Source: Thermoplasmata archaeon (GTDB lineage: Archaea; Thermoplasmatota; Thermoplasmata; RBG-16-68-12; JAFNFQ01). From it: 24,112 nt of DNA. The notes below the pieces were generated by a model. That model was not told the origin of the DNA. It did no database searches and saw nothing but the letters and a program-made list of their open reading frames with translations. A program made the position numbers and the translations under genes. Location: contig JBGPQV010000029.1 of the NCBI GenBank assembly GCA_041489255.1, positions 1 through 24,112 on the forward strand, read 5' to 3'. Shown here piece by piece: positions 7,171 to 16,132 of this stretch (the stretch's first letter is position 1; each line of letters starts with the position of its first letter).

Positions 7171-7653
7171 TCACGCGGTCTTCTCGACATGCTTGAAAGC
7201 CAGCTCGACCGCCTGTGCTGGCGTCGATGCCTCGATCAGGAGTCCCTTGTCGACTCCGACCTTTTGCAGGGGCCAGCTGTGCAGCGAAATCACTGTCTTG
7301 CCTTGATCAAGGGCATGGGCAATCTCTGAGAGGGTTCCGTAGCTCCCGTCGATGGCGATTATCGCGTCAGCGGTCCTTACGATTATCACATTGCGTGCGG
7401 TGCCCATCCCGGTCGCTATCGGAATGTCCACGTACGGGTTCGCGTCTGATTTCGATCCCGCGGGCAGCACGCCTATGGTCGTCCCCCCGGCCTCCTTCGC
7501 GCCGCGGCACGCTGCCTCCATGACCCCCTCCATGCCGCCGCAGACCAGATACGCGTCGTGCTCGGCGATGAGGCGGCCGACCTCACGCGCCAGCTTCTTC
7601 GCCTCGTCAGAGACATTGCTCTGACCGCCAATCACCGCGACGATTGTTCGCAT
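7171..7653 (-). CDS. TIGR00725 family LOG/SLOG Rossmann-fold nucleotide-binding protein
   Basis: VCGGMEGVMEAACRGAKEAGGTTIGVLP, TGMGTARN and GSYGTLSEIAHAL motifs. GGAGG RBS. Confidence 0.92.
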   Translation of the reverse strand: MRTIVAVIGGQSNVSDEAKKLAREVGRLIAEHDAYLVCGGMEGVMEAACRGAKEAGGTTIGVLPAGSKSDANPYVDIPIATGMGTARNVIIVRTADAIIAIDGSYGTLSEIAHALDQGKTVISLHSWPLQKVGVDKGLLIEASTPAQAVELAFKHVEKTA

Positions 7654-7784
7654 TTGTCAGCCTCCTTTCTTCACACTTGGGAACTGATTCCACACCATGT
7701 GACTCTATAAGGCTTTGTCTGAAGGTTATCATGGACGATATTCTAGGGACAGACTTTATGCCTATTCCTAGAGAATGAACGTCG

Positions 7785-8114
7785 ATGCGCTGGCCAAGAA
7801 AGGAACGACTTTCTAAGACTGTTCAAACCGAGCAGCAGTTCGACGACCCATTACACCTCGTGTCTCTTCGACTCAAGACATGCGAAGACGCTCTCAGAAA
7901 GAACCCAGACGATCCCGACGCCCTATTCACGAAAGCCGTCTTTTTGGCCCGCATCCGAGAATATCGGCGGGCGATCGACTGTCTGGAGCGTGTCACCTCC
8001 CTCAACCCTGAATATCCCATGGTCTGGGGCCTGCTGTCACTGGTCTATGCACGCATGGGCGACTACCAGAAAGCCAAGGACTGCCGCGAGAGGAGCATGG
8101 TCGTGGACAGTTAG
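7785..8114 (+). CDS. Small TPR-repeat protein
   Basis: TPR patterns ALRKNPDDPDALFTKA..YRRAIDCLERVTSLNPEYPMVW..Y.RMGDYQKA. Confidence 0.85.
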   Translation: MRWPRKERLSKTVQTEQQFDDPLHLVSLRLKTCEDALRKNPDDPDALFTKAVFLARIREYRRAIDCLERVTSLNPEYPMVWGLLSLVYARMGDYQKAKDCRERSMVVDS

Positions 8115-8177
8115 GCGCCCTCCTCCAGCAACAATCGTTCCTATGGTTTTAAGAGGACACCGTCCGCTCGAATTAGC

Positions 8178-9152
8178 GTGCAGAAAGCTGACATAAGGGC
8201 GGTCGAGAACCCCATAAGCGCCACCTTCGACCTGGCATCAGACGTCTACGACAAGGCGCCGAAAGTCAGGAAGATGGTGACGTACAGCAGGGCGTTCATC
8301 TATCTGTGGCTCCTCTTAGATTTCGTCCTGATTGTCGCGCTCGCCGCGCATCCGCTCGTTTCCTTATTGCTCGCAATCCTCGCGTCGGCGTTCCTCTACT
8401 CGCTGAGATGGGCGGAAGAGAAGGAATGGAGAATAGTATTCCTCACACTTGCTGCGGTCGTTTCCTTCATGCTCATCCTCCTTGGGGGCGCTGCCTTCCT
8501 GCTTACACTTCTCTTTGTGTTGCTGTACTTCCTGGGATGGATCATACTCGACATGCTTCGAGACATCAGGAAGTTCTTCGACTTCTATGTGGTGAGACAT
8601 GCGGTCATCAAGGCGGTGCGAGACGCCAATCCGGTTGTGAAGATACCGGAGGGGCCCGACCCTGTCGCCCGCCTCCTTACCTACCTCAAGCACGCCTCTT
8701 CGGATACGGAACATGTCATGTCGCAGCCCGATGCGGTCAAGAGGGGGGTCACACTTAGGGGCGCCAGCGGCATCGCGCACGATTTTGACGCCATGGTCCT
8801 CGCGCAGCCTTCGTCTCTCTGGTCTCTGATCGGCTGGGCATATCCAGGCTGGTGCATGCTGGTCAAGATGTTTGGCGGTCCCCCGAAGTTGGACGAACTG
8901 AAGTACCTCAAGCACGCCGCGGAGGACGTCACAGCGACGATGAAAGTGCCCCCCAGCCGCGTCATAGCCCTCTGGCAGATGAAGGACGGGCAATCGATAG
9001 GCGATGAGGCGTACCAATTCGTGACAAGCCAGGTCGTGACATTCAGGCACCACGGCGACACGTTCGTCTGCAGCCTGGAGATAGTCGGCGAGGACGAGGA
9101 CGGCACCTACGACCTTGTGCCATTCGTCGTGCAGAACCCGCCGTCAGCGTGA
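8178..9152 (+). CDS. Membrane protein (about 4 TM) with a C-terminal restriction-endonuclease-like domain
   Basis: Hydrophobic aa ~38-125, then VTLRGASGIAHDFD (GxSGxxHxFD, Mrr-like fold). TATA TTTTAAG at 8147 and a GTG start. Confidence 0.7.
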   Translation: MQKADIRAVENPISATFDLASDVYDKAPKVRKMVTYSRAFIYLWLLLDFVLIVALAAHPLVSLLLAILASAFLYSLRWAEEKEWRIVFLTLAAVVSFMLILLGGAAFLLTLLFVLLYFLGWIILDMLRDIRKFFDFYVVRHAVIKAVRDANPVVKIPEGPDPVARLLTYLKHASSDTEHVMSQPDAVKRGVTLRGASGIAHDFDAMVLAQPSSLWSLIGWAYPGWCMLVKMFGGPPKLDELKYLKHAAEDVTATMKVPPSRVIALWQMKDGQSIGDEAYQFVTSQVVTFRHHGDTFVCSLEIVGEDEDGTYDLVPFVVQNPPSA

Positions 9153-9162
9153 AGCACGGCAT

Positions 9163-9540
9163 TCATCTGAACCAGTATGGAAGTCCGACGAACCTGTAGT
9201 GATCTTTTATCTCCTGTTCATACAGCTTCTTGTAGAACTCATTGTACCGCCGTATGTGTAAGACCCCTTCCTTCGTGATTTTCACTCGATACCTGTTCTC
9301 TTCCTTCTCGACAATTATCAGACCTTCTTCCTGCAGGCTGTCGAGGACCTTGTTCGTCATGAAGTGATTCGACCGTATCTCGTGCTTGATCGATTCCTTC
9401 GATACCCCCGAGTTCCTTTCCGCCAGAATCGAATCGAGCTTCTGCTCCAGTCCGTCCTGGTAGAGGTCGATGCCCAGTTCCGCAACAAGCCGGTTGAGGG
9501 CGAAGCACTGGTAGACCTTGTAGTCCTTGTAGTGGGTCAA
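9163..9540 (-). CDS. Winged helix-turn-helix protein
   Basis: VSKESIKHEI...TNKVLDSLQEEGLIIVE...RVKITKEG, a wHTH wing motif. TTG start. Confidence 0.75.
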   Translation of the reverse strand: MTHYKDYKVYQCFALNRLVAELGIDLYQDGLEQKLDSILAERNSGVSKESIKHEIRSNHFMTNKVLDSLQEEGLIIVEKEENRYRVKITKEGVLHIRRYNEFYKKLYEQEIKDHYRFVGLPYWFR

Positions 9541-9690
9541 CGGCGGGTCCTCGTATGACTAGCGAAGCTATTGCGGCGACTGAATGGACATCTTCAAGAT
9601 AAAAGAGTTGCCGGAGAAAGGAGAATCCTCATTAGCCCTCACAATGCATTCGGCGGTGCTATATTCGGGCAACTCGATTCATTCCCGCCC

Positions 9691-10797
9691 ATGAACGAAA
9701 GGAGGGAGACCAGCACATGCTCTGTATGCGGCAGGGAGCGCCTGGTCTCCGCCGCCCTAGGCGTCTGTCGCCAGTGCATACTCGACAACTATCCTGCCGT
9801 CGAGCCAGCCATTCTGAAGGCGCATGAGCGCGCGAGATTCGAGTTCAAGCTCCCGCTGCGCCCGCCGAGCGACGGGGCACAGTGCGCGCAATGCGTCAAC
9901 ATGTGCAAAGTTGGCGATGGTGAAGTGGGATACTGCGGAATCAGGCGGGGGGATGACGGCAACGTCATCAGATCGACGCGCGGCGCGGTGCTGCAATGGC
10001 ATTATGATAAGCTGCCGGCCAACTGCGTCGCGGAATTCGTCTGTCCTGCGGGGACCGGGTGCGGCAGCCGCAAGTACTCTCGGAGCAACGGAGCGGAGCA
10101 TGGCTACAAGAACCTCGCCGTTTTCTACGGGGCCTGCAACTTCTCTTGCCTGTTCTGCCAGAATTGGCATTTCCGCCGCCTGACAAAGGCGAAGTCCCCG
10201 GTTGTCTCGTCCAATAGGCTCGCCGCCAAGGTGGACAGGAAGACCGCCTGCGTCTGCTTCTTCGGTGGCGACCCCGCACCGCAGGTAGAGCACGCCATCG
10301 AGACCTCCGAGACCGTCATGGAGAAAAACGACAAGGTCCGCATATGCTTCGAGACGAACGGATCGATGAACAGAAGGTATCTCAGCAAGATGGCGGGCCT
10401 CAGCTACGATAGTGGCGGGTGCATCAAGTTCGGCCTGAAGACCTGGAACGTGAGAATGAACAGAGCGCTCTGTGGCACGGACAACAGGTGGACGCTCAAC
10501 AACTTCAGATGGCTCGCTGACTACTCGGCGAGGCGCGGGGACAGAGGCGTGCCGTTTCTGGTCGCGTCGACATTGCTCGTCCCCGGGTACATCGAGGAAG
10601 AGGAGGTCGCGGAACTGGCGGGTTTCATAGCCTCTCTTGACGAAAACATCCCATACAGCCTTCTTGCTTTCTCCCCGGCATTCCAGATGACGGATCTGCC
10701 GAAAACGAGCGAGGCCGAGGCGAAGGACTGCCTGGAGGCGGCGAAGGCCGCCGGTCTGGAAAGAGTCCGCCTCGGCAACGCGCATCTCGTGAGCTAG
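9691..10797 (+). CDS. Radical SAM protein, PFL-activase/AmmeMemoRadiSam-like
   Basis: CNFSCLFC (CxxxCxxC), FGGDP, ETNG, STLLVPGY and additional N-terminal Cys clusters. ATG 9691 is preferred over TTG 9571. Confidence 0.9.
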   Translation: MNERRETSTCSVCGRERLVSAALGVCRQCILDNYPAVEPAILKAHERARFEFKLPLRPPSDGAQCAQCVNMCKVGDGEVGYCGIRRGDDGNVIRSTRGAVLQWHYDKLPANCVAEFVCPAGTGCGSRKYSRSNGAEHGYKNLAVFYGACNFSCLFCQNWHFRRLTKAKSPVVSSNRLAAKVDRKTACVCFFGGDPAPQVEHAIETSETVMEKNDKVRICFETNGSMNRRYLSKMAGLSYDSGGCIKFGLKTWNVRMNRALCGTDNRWTLNNFRWLADYSARRGDRGVPFLVASTLLVPGYIEEEEVAELAGFIASLDENIPYSLLAFSPAFQMTDLPKTSEAEAKDCLEAAKAAGLERVRLGNAHLVS

Positions 10798-11375
10798 ATT
10801 TTCCTCGCATTGAAGCCGTAGTGTGAGGGGCTGATATCAAGCGAGGGACCCGGGTCGAAACCAACTGAGTGGAGCATCGCTGCGGCCTCGTCCTCGCCGA
10901 GCCTGTGTCTCCGTGGCGGGCCAATCAGCTCCGTCTTTTTCTTCCAATCAACGATGCCAAGTCTTCCAGAGGATTTCATGATCCTCCATGTTTCTCTGAG
11001 GGTCGATAATCCTTCAAGCTCGTGCAAGACCGTGGACATGAGGGCGAAGTCGACAATCCCAGCGGTCATTGGTATCGAATCCTCGTTGGAGAGGACCGCC
11101 GAGACGTTCTTCACGTGCAGGTCCTCGATTCGCTCCTTCAGCCTGACGATCATTCTTGGCTCCTCATCCACACCGTACACCCGACCCTCCGTGCCTACCA
11201 TTCCCGCCATAGGGAACGTGAAGAACCCGGGGCCGCACCCCACATCCACTACAATCCAACCCCGCTGGATATCGAAATGCTGGAGGATTCTTGGCGGGTC
11301 GAGCAGCGCCTTGCGTTCCTCGCTCTCGAGGTAGGCCATCCTTTCTGGGTCGAACTTGCGCCCACGGCGGTGCAT
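10794..11375 (-). CDS. Class I SAM-dependent methyltransferase
   Basis: Motif I VVDVGCGPG, plus VYGVD, VLHE, GRLGIVDW and GPP. Confidence 0.92.
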   Translation of the reverse strand: MHRRGRKFDPERMAYLESEERKALLDPPRILQHFDIQRGWIVVDVGCGPGFFTFPMAGMVGTEGRVYGVDEEPRMIVRLKERIEDLHVKNVSAVLSNEDSIPMTAGIVDFALMSTVLHELEGLSTLRETWRIMKSSGRLGIVDWKKKTELIGPPRRHRLGEDEAAAMLHSVGFDPGPSLDISPSHYGFNARKI

Positions 11376-11485
11376 CGCGTGCCGGTATCGCTCCCACCGA
11401 TATCCACCCTTGCATTTTGCACCATAGGAGGGCGCGGGGGCGGGAGATGTCGGGCAAAGCTTTTCACCGCCATGATGATGCCCCC

Positions 11486-12124
11486 ATGATGATTGCCCGC
11501 GGCGGCATGGTGTTCGTGGTTGTCCCCGCCCTGATCATGGGATTGCTCCTGATCACCGCCATCGCTGTCTCCAGCAACGTTCTTGTCCTGCTCACTTTGC
11601 CCTTCGGAATCCTCTTCGTCGTCCTCCTCGTCTTCTTCCGGGACCCGACCAGACCGATAGGCAAAGGGATCGTCTCGCCTGCCGACGGCAGGGTCATCGA
11701 GGCGAATCGGGACACGGGCTTCATTGCGATCTACATGGGGCTGCGAAACGTGCATGTGAACCGGGCCCCCTGGTCAGGCATCGTCAACGCAATGAGGCGG
11801 CAAAGCGGCGGCCATGCGGCCGCGAGCCTGAAGGCGGCTACCAACAACCAATCGGTCGATTGGGAAATTGGGACGCTTCTGGGGACAATCGAACTCAGGC
11901 AGATCGCCGGTGCTCTTGCCCGCCGAATCGTGCCATACGTCGACGAAGGGGCAAGGATAAAGAAGGGGCAGAAGATAGGCCTGATACGCTTCGGCTCGCG
12001 CGTCGAACTCCGGCTACCGCCAACGGCAAAGGTCGTCGTGGCGGTGGGGGACCGTTTGCGGGCGGGCGAGACGACGGTCGCGGAAGTCGAGCATGGATTC
12101 GCGCAGGAAGATACACCCGGCTGA
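11486..12124 (+). CDS. psd: Phosphatidylserine/archaetidylserine decarboxylase proenzyme
   Basis: FFRDP, SPADG, VHVNRAP, QIAG..ARRI and the self-cleavage motif FGSRV. The start was moved from 11291, which overlaps the divergent methyltransferase, to ATG 11486. Confidence 0.93.
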   Translation: MMIARGGMVFVVVPALIMGLLLITAIAVSSNVLVLLTLPFGILFVVLLVFFRDPTRPIGKGIVSPADGRVIEANRDTGFIAIYMGLRNVHVNRAPWSGIVNAMRRQSGGHAAASLKAATNNQSVDWEIGTLLGTIELRQIAGALARRIVPYVDEGARIKKGQKIGLIRFGSRVELRLPPTAKVVVAVGDRLRAGETTVAEVEHGFAQEDTPG

Positions 12125-12863
12125 CTACATCACAATCCTTAACGCAGTCGCCGGCTTCCTCGCTATCACATATATAATCGACGGGGAATTCCGCGCGGTC
12201 GACGCCCGCTTCCTCCAGGCAGCCCTGCTGATAATGGCGGCATTCTGCCTCGATGGTGTCGACGGCTACGTTGCGAGGCGATTTGGAGGCGGGAAAGGAG
12301 GCCAATACCTCGACAGCTTCGCCGACACCGTCTCCTTCTGCATCGCCCCTGCCCTCATGATCTACAGGATATGCTACGACCCGGATAGGGGGAGCGCTTG
12401 GGTTGCCCCGGAGAACACGCTTGCCGTCGGCGCCTCCACCCTTGTCGCCGCGTTCGGCATACTCCGCCTCGCGTGGTTCATCGAGTCCGACCATGAGAAG
12501 GGCGGGTTCAGGGGTCTGCCCGTCTCTGCAAATGCCATCCTGCTGACCTCCTTGGCATACTTATTCGGCGCGTCCTACAGCACGCCCGTCATTCTGCTCA
12601 GCATCGTCACGTCATTCCTCATGATTAGCGAGATTCCCTATCCCAGGATCACGGACGCAGCTCGAATGCCCATCGTCCTGATCATTGCGGTGGTCTGCGG
12701 GGTCGCCCTGGCGTTCATGGTCACCGCCGGGAACGCTTCTGACACCGCAAGGTTTCTATTCCTGGTGGCTTTGGCCGCGACGCTGGGCTACCTGATAGGG
12801 GGTCCGATATATGTTGGAAAGCCGCGACCCGGCAGCGAAGTACTTCGCGTGCAGCGAGAGTGA
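12093..12863 (+). CDS. pssA: CDP-alcohol phosphatidyltransferase (archaetidylserine/phosphatidylserine synthase)
   Basis: DGVDGYVAR...G..LDSFADTVSF signature, LRLA.F and FRGLP. Adjacent to psd. Confidence 0.93.
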   Translation: MDSRRKIHPADYITILNAVAGFLAITYIIDGEFRAVDARFLQAALLIMAAFCLDGVDGYVARRFGGGKGGQYLDSFADTVSFCIAPALMIYRICYDPDRGSAWVAPENTLAVGASTLVAAFGILRLAWFIESDHEKGGFRGLPVSANAILLTSLAYLFGASYSTPVILLSIVTSFLMISEIPYPRITDAARMPIVLIIAVVCGVALAFMVTAGNASDTARFLFLVALAATLGYLIGGPIYVGKPRPGSEVLRVQRE

Positions 12864-13194
12864 ACGTGCCTGTTTCGAGGCGGGGATCAAGCTCGGGGCG
12901 GTCTACCACCAGTACGTGGGGACGCCGGTGAGCGCTGAGAGCGTCGATGCTCTCGAAAGGGCGATTGAGGCGGGCGTGCGCATCCAGCCGTTCGTGACGA
13001 ACGTCAAGGTCCGGATAGACCGCTCTCGCATGAAGCCCAAGAGGTCGACCTACAGGTACACCAGCCTGAAGGGGGAGATGCTGGACGTGTGGCTGCAGGT
13101 CAGGTACGGCAACCACGTGGCGACTTGCGAGATGAAGTATGTCAAGGATCTCAGATACACGCTGATGCGGGTGGTGCAGGTGTCGGAGGCATGA
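12811..13194 (+). CDS. mptD: Archaeal dihydroneopterin aldolase (MptD)
   Basis: ERACFEAGIKLGAVYHQYVGTPV...QPFV...YTSL...LRYTLM matches the MJ0408-type family. Confidence 0.88.
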   Translation: MLESRDPAAKYFACSESERACFEAGIKLGAVYHQYVGTPVSAESVDALERAIEAGVRIQPFVTNVKVRIDRSRMKPKRSTYRYTSLKGEMLDVWLQVRYGNHVATCEMKYVKDLRYTLMRVVQVSEA

Positions 13195-13216
13195 GTCTCG
13201 TCGCCTCATGAAGGGC

Positions 13217-13227
13217 AACTTATATAA
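13217..13227 (+). promoter_or_regulatory. TATA box of the permease gene
   Basis: ACTTATATAAT about 30-40 nt upstream of ATG 13258. Confidence 0.65.
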
Positions 13228-13257
13228 TCACAGGTCAATCGGTCGGCAGGCGAGACC

Positions 13258-15513
13258 ATGGCAACGGTGGACAAGGGAAAGGAAGTTGAGGTCAAGTTCC
13301 GCAGGGACCTCGGCCTCCTCGAGATAACTATGATTGGTCTCGCGCCGACGATAGGTTCCACCATCTTCCTGCTCGTCGGACCGGGGATAGGCATCGCAGG
13401 CCCCGCCCTCCTCATCGTGTTCGTCCTGAACTTCTTCGTCTCAATCCTCACGGCGATGGGCTACATGGAGTTGGGGAGCGCCTTCCCCGAGACTGGCGGC
13501 GGGTATCTGTGGATAAAGACCGCCATGAAGGAACCGCTCGGCTTCCTGGGCGGGTGGCTGTCCTGGTTCGGCCACTCCATAGTCTGTGCATTCTATGCGA
13601 TGGGGTTCGGGCTGGGAGTCACTTGGTTCGCGGACAGTTACGGGCTGCTCTCCGGGTTCTCGCCCTTCCAGAGAGACATCTTCACCAAGACGCTGACCGT
13701 GGTCGTCGTCCTGATCTTCATCTACATCAACTACAGGGGTACGAAGACGACCGGCCGCTCGAGCACCTACGTGACGATGTCCCTGATCATCATGGTGATG
13801 CTCTTCATCATACTCGGGGCAGCGGGGATGATGATGGGTCGGGGGAGCTGGTCGAACCTTTCGCCGTTGCTCCCCGGCGATAGCAACGCGACGAATACGC
13901 TCGCGATCCTCATGGCCATGGGTTTCACTTTCATCGTCTTCGAAGGGTACGAGGTCATCGCGCAGACAGGGGAGGAATGCAAAGACCCCGAGAAGAACAT
14001 CCCAAAGGCCCACTGGATAACGCTGGTCATCGCAACTGTCATCTTCGTATTCGTCGCCCTGTTCACCATCCTTGGAGGGGGGACAACGAGTGCGGCGAGC
14101 CACGACCCCAAAGCAGTCGCGAGCGCCGCCAATGTCTTCCTGCCAGGCATAGGCCTGCCCATCGTCGTTGTCGGCGTGATACTCGGCGCCCTCACGTCTC
14201 TGAACAGCCTCGTCTTCTCCTCGTCGAGAGTCAGCTTCGCGATGGGCAGAGACGGAGCCCTGCCAAAGGCGTTCGGTCAGTTGCACAAGAAGAAAAGGAC
14301 GCCCCACGTCGCAATCCTCGCATCTGGCGCAATCATCATAACCATGGTGATATCCCTCGATATCGTCAAGATTGCAGCCTCCGCCGACATCATGTTCCTC
14401 GTACTTTTCACGATGGTCAACGCCGCGGTTATCATCCTGCGGAAGAAGAGGCCGGACGCGAAGCGATACTATATCATGCCGCTCTTCCCCCTGATTCCGA
14501 TTGTAGGGATGGCGACCAAGGGCGTCCTGGCGGTCTCCCTCTATTTGTACGAACCGGCTGCATGGGGCATAGCGCTGGGCTGGATAGCCCTGGGCCTCGG
14601 GGTCCACTATCTCTGGGCGAAGCGCGAGAGGATCGTGGAGGTGGCCGCCCCCGTCATCAGCGCGATAGTCCCCGCCGCAGAGGCGAAGTACTCCGTGATC
14701 GTCGCCCAAGACAATCTCGAGGACAGGTCCCTCGTTGAGTTCGCTTCGATAGTCGCCAAGGTGGAGGACGGGAATGTCCGACTGGTGCATGTGGTCGAGA
14801 TCCCGGACACGCTCCCTCTGGACGCGATCGACAGGTCTTACCATAGGGACGTGGAAAGGGACATGCGCACTCTCATTGACGAAATTACCGAACAGGGCGT
14901 GGAGGCAAGGGCCAGGGTGGTGATTTCGCACAGGGTCGAGGAGGCGCTCCTCGACGAGGTCAAGGAGCAAGAGCCTGACCTCATGGTCCTCGGCTGGCAT
15001 GGGCGTCGCGGGGTCGGGCGGATTCTGGGCACAACTGTGGACCGCATGGTGCGTGAGGCTCCCTGCGACATAGTTGTCCTGAAGACTACCGAGGTCAGAC
15101 CGCCCCTGAGAAGAATCCTCGTCTTCAATGCACCCGCTTGGCACGTCACCTACGCGACCAGCTACGCGATCCTCCTGGCGAAGAAGTACAATGCGGAGAT
15201 CGTGCTGTTCAGCGCCGTTACAACCGATGCGGAGTTGAAGACGGAACAGGCATACTCCGCCAGGCTGGCGGAGATGTGCCGCACCCACGGCATCAGGTAC
15301 TACGAGGAGTTCGCGAAGGTGAAGAACATAGTGGATTCCGTCGTGGAGGAATCGAAGACCTACGACATGCTGGTGATCGGCGCCGGCCCGGAGGAGGGGA
15401 TCAAGGGGGCCGTCCTCGGGGGTACGCAAGATCAGATAGCCCAGCGCTCTCCAGTGCCCGTGCTCGCAGTCAGGAAGGTCCGCGGTCCCGACGTGCTCGC
15501 GAAGGCCAGCTGA
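13258..15513 (+). CDS. APC-family amino acid permease fused to two universal stress protein domains
   Basis: IGSTIF, ELGSAFPETGGGY, FEGYE..GEE.KDPEKNIPKA and SRVSFAMGRDG.LP motifs with about 12 TM. USP motifs DLMVLGWHG..ILG.TVD....APCDIVV and DMLVIGA..VLG...SPVPVLAV. Confidence 0.93.
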   Translation: MATVDKGKEVEVKFRRDLGLLEITMIGLAPTIGSTIFLLVGPGIGIAGPALLIVFVLNFFVSILTAMGYMELGSAFPETGGGYLWIKTAMKEPLGFLGGWLSWFGHSIVCAFYAMGFGLGVTWFADSYGLLSGFSPFQRDIFTKTLTVVVVLIFIYINYRGTKTTGRSSTYVTMSLIIMVMLFIILGAAGMMMGRGSWSNLSPLLPGDSNATNTLAILMAMGFTFIVFEGYEVIAQTGEECKDPEKNIPKAHWITLVIATVIFVFVALFTILGGGTTSAASHDPKAVASAANVFLPGIGLPIVVVGVILGALTSLNSLVFSSSRVSFAMGRDGALPKAFGQLHKKKRTPHVAILASGAIIITMVISLDIVKIAASADIMFLVLFTMVNAAVIILRKKRPDAKRYYIMPLFPLIPIVGMATKGVLAVSLYLYEPAAWGIALGWIALGLGVHYLWAKRERIVEVAAPVISAIVPAAEAKYSVIVAQDNLEDRSLVEFASIVAKVEDGNVRLVHVVEIPDTLPLDAIDRSYHRDVERDMRTLIDEITEQGVEARARVVISHRVEEALLDEVKEQEPDLMVLGWHGRRGVGRILGTTVDRMVREAPCDIVVLKTTEVRPPLRRILVFNAPAWHVTYATSYAILLAKKYNAEIVLFSAVTTDAELKTEQAYSARLAEMCRTHGIRYYEEFAKVKNIVDSVVEESKTYDMLVIGAGPEEGIKGAVLGGTQDQIAQRSPVPVLAVRKVRGPDVLAKAS

Positions 15514-15535
15514 CCGTGCTTGCGCGTTGTCATAT

Positions 15536-15553
15536 TATAAGATACATCTTATA
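15536..15553. promoter_or_regulatory. Perfect 8-bp inverted repeat overlapping the NTPase-trm1 TATA box
   Basis: TATAAGAT-AC-ATCTTATA. The right arm is part of CTTATATA, about 30 nt before ATG 15587. Confidence 0.6.
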
Positions 15554-15586
15554 TAATGGCTCGGCCATAGAGGTGCCCGGAATCCA

Positions 15587-16132
15587 ATGGGCCAGAATCT
15601 GAAGATTGGGATAACTGGATTGCCCGGCGCGGGCAAGACCTACGCGCTCCTCAAGGTCATCGAGATGCTCGAGGGGGACGGGAAGAAGGTCGGCGGGATG
15701 GTCACCGAGCCCATCGTGAAGAGGGGCCGCCGCGAGGGCTTCTACGTCATGGACTGGGCGACCAAGGACAAGAAAGTGTTCGCCTCGAAGGACATCGAGT
15801 CGAAGGTCATGGTCGGGCGGTACGGAGTGGATATAACCGCGCTCGAGGACATCGGCGTCAATGCCCTGAAGGGAGCGACCGCCAGCGCGGACGTCATCGT
15901 CATTGATGAGGTCGGGAAGATGGAGGTGGAGAGCGAGTCGTTCGTGGCGGCGGTGAAGGAGGCGATGGACGCCGACAAGCCGCTCATCCTCACGCTCCAT
16001 AAGAAGTCCCGGAACCCGCTGCTCCAGGACATCAGGCGACGCGACGATGTCCGCATCCTAGAGGTCACCCAGGTCAACCGCAACCTCCTGCCGTACAAAA
16101 TCGTCAAGCTGATGAAAGGCGAACTACTTTGA
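15587..16132 (+). CDS. THEP1/NTPase-1 family nucleoside triphosphatase
   Basis: ITGLPGAGKT, VGGMVT, GRREGF, VGRYGV and IDEVGKME motifs. Confidence 0.95.
   Translation: MGQNLKIGITGLPGAGKTYALLKVIEMLEGDGKKVGGMVTEPIVKRGRREGFYVMDWATKDKKVFASKDIESKVMVGRYGVDITALEDIGVNALKGATASADVIVIDEVGKMEVESESFVAAVKEAMDADKPLILTLHKKSRNPLLQDIRRRDDVRILEVTQVNRNLLPYKIVKLMKGELL

Noticed and set aside
9571-9690. N-terminal extension of the radical SAM ORF
   Set aside because: TTG start running through the divergent promoter region; ATG 9691 is more plausible.
11291-11485. N-terminal extension of psd in the ORF track
   Set aside because: It overlaps the divergent methyltransferase and promoter region, and homology starts at MMIARG (11486).
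13441-15429. 662-aa antisense ORF, and similar long ones at 2151-3107, 3867-4991, 9757-10785 and 15742-16863
   Set aside because: Shadow ORFs of well-supported genes caused by GC-rich codon bias, with no motifs.
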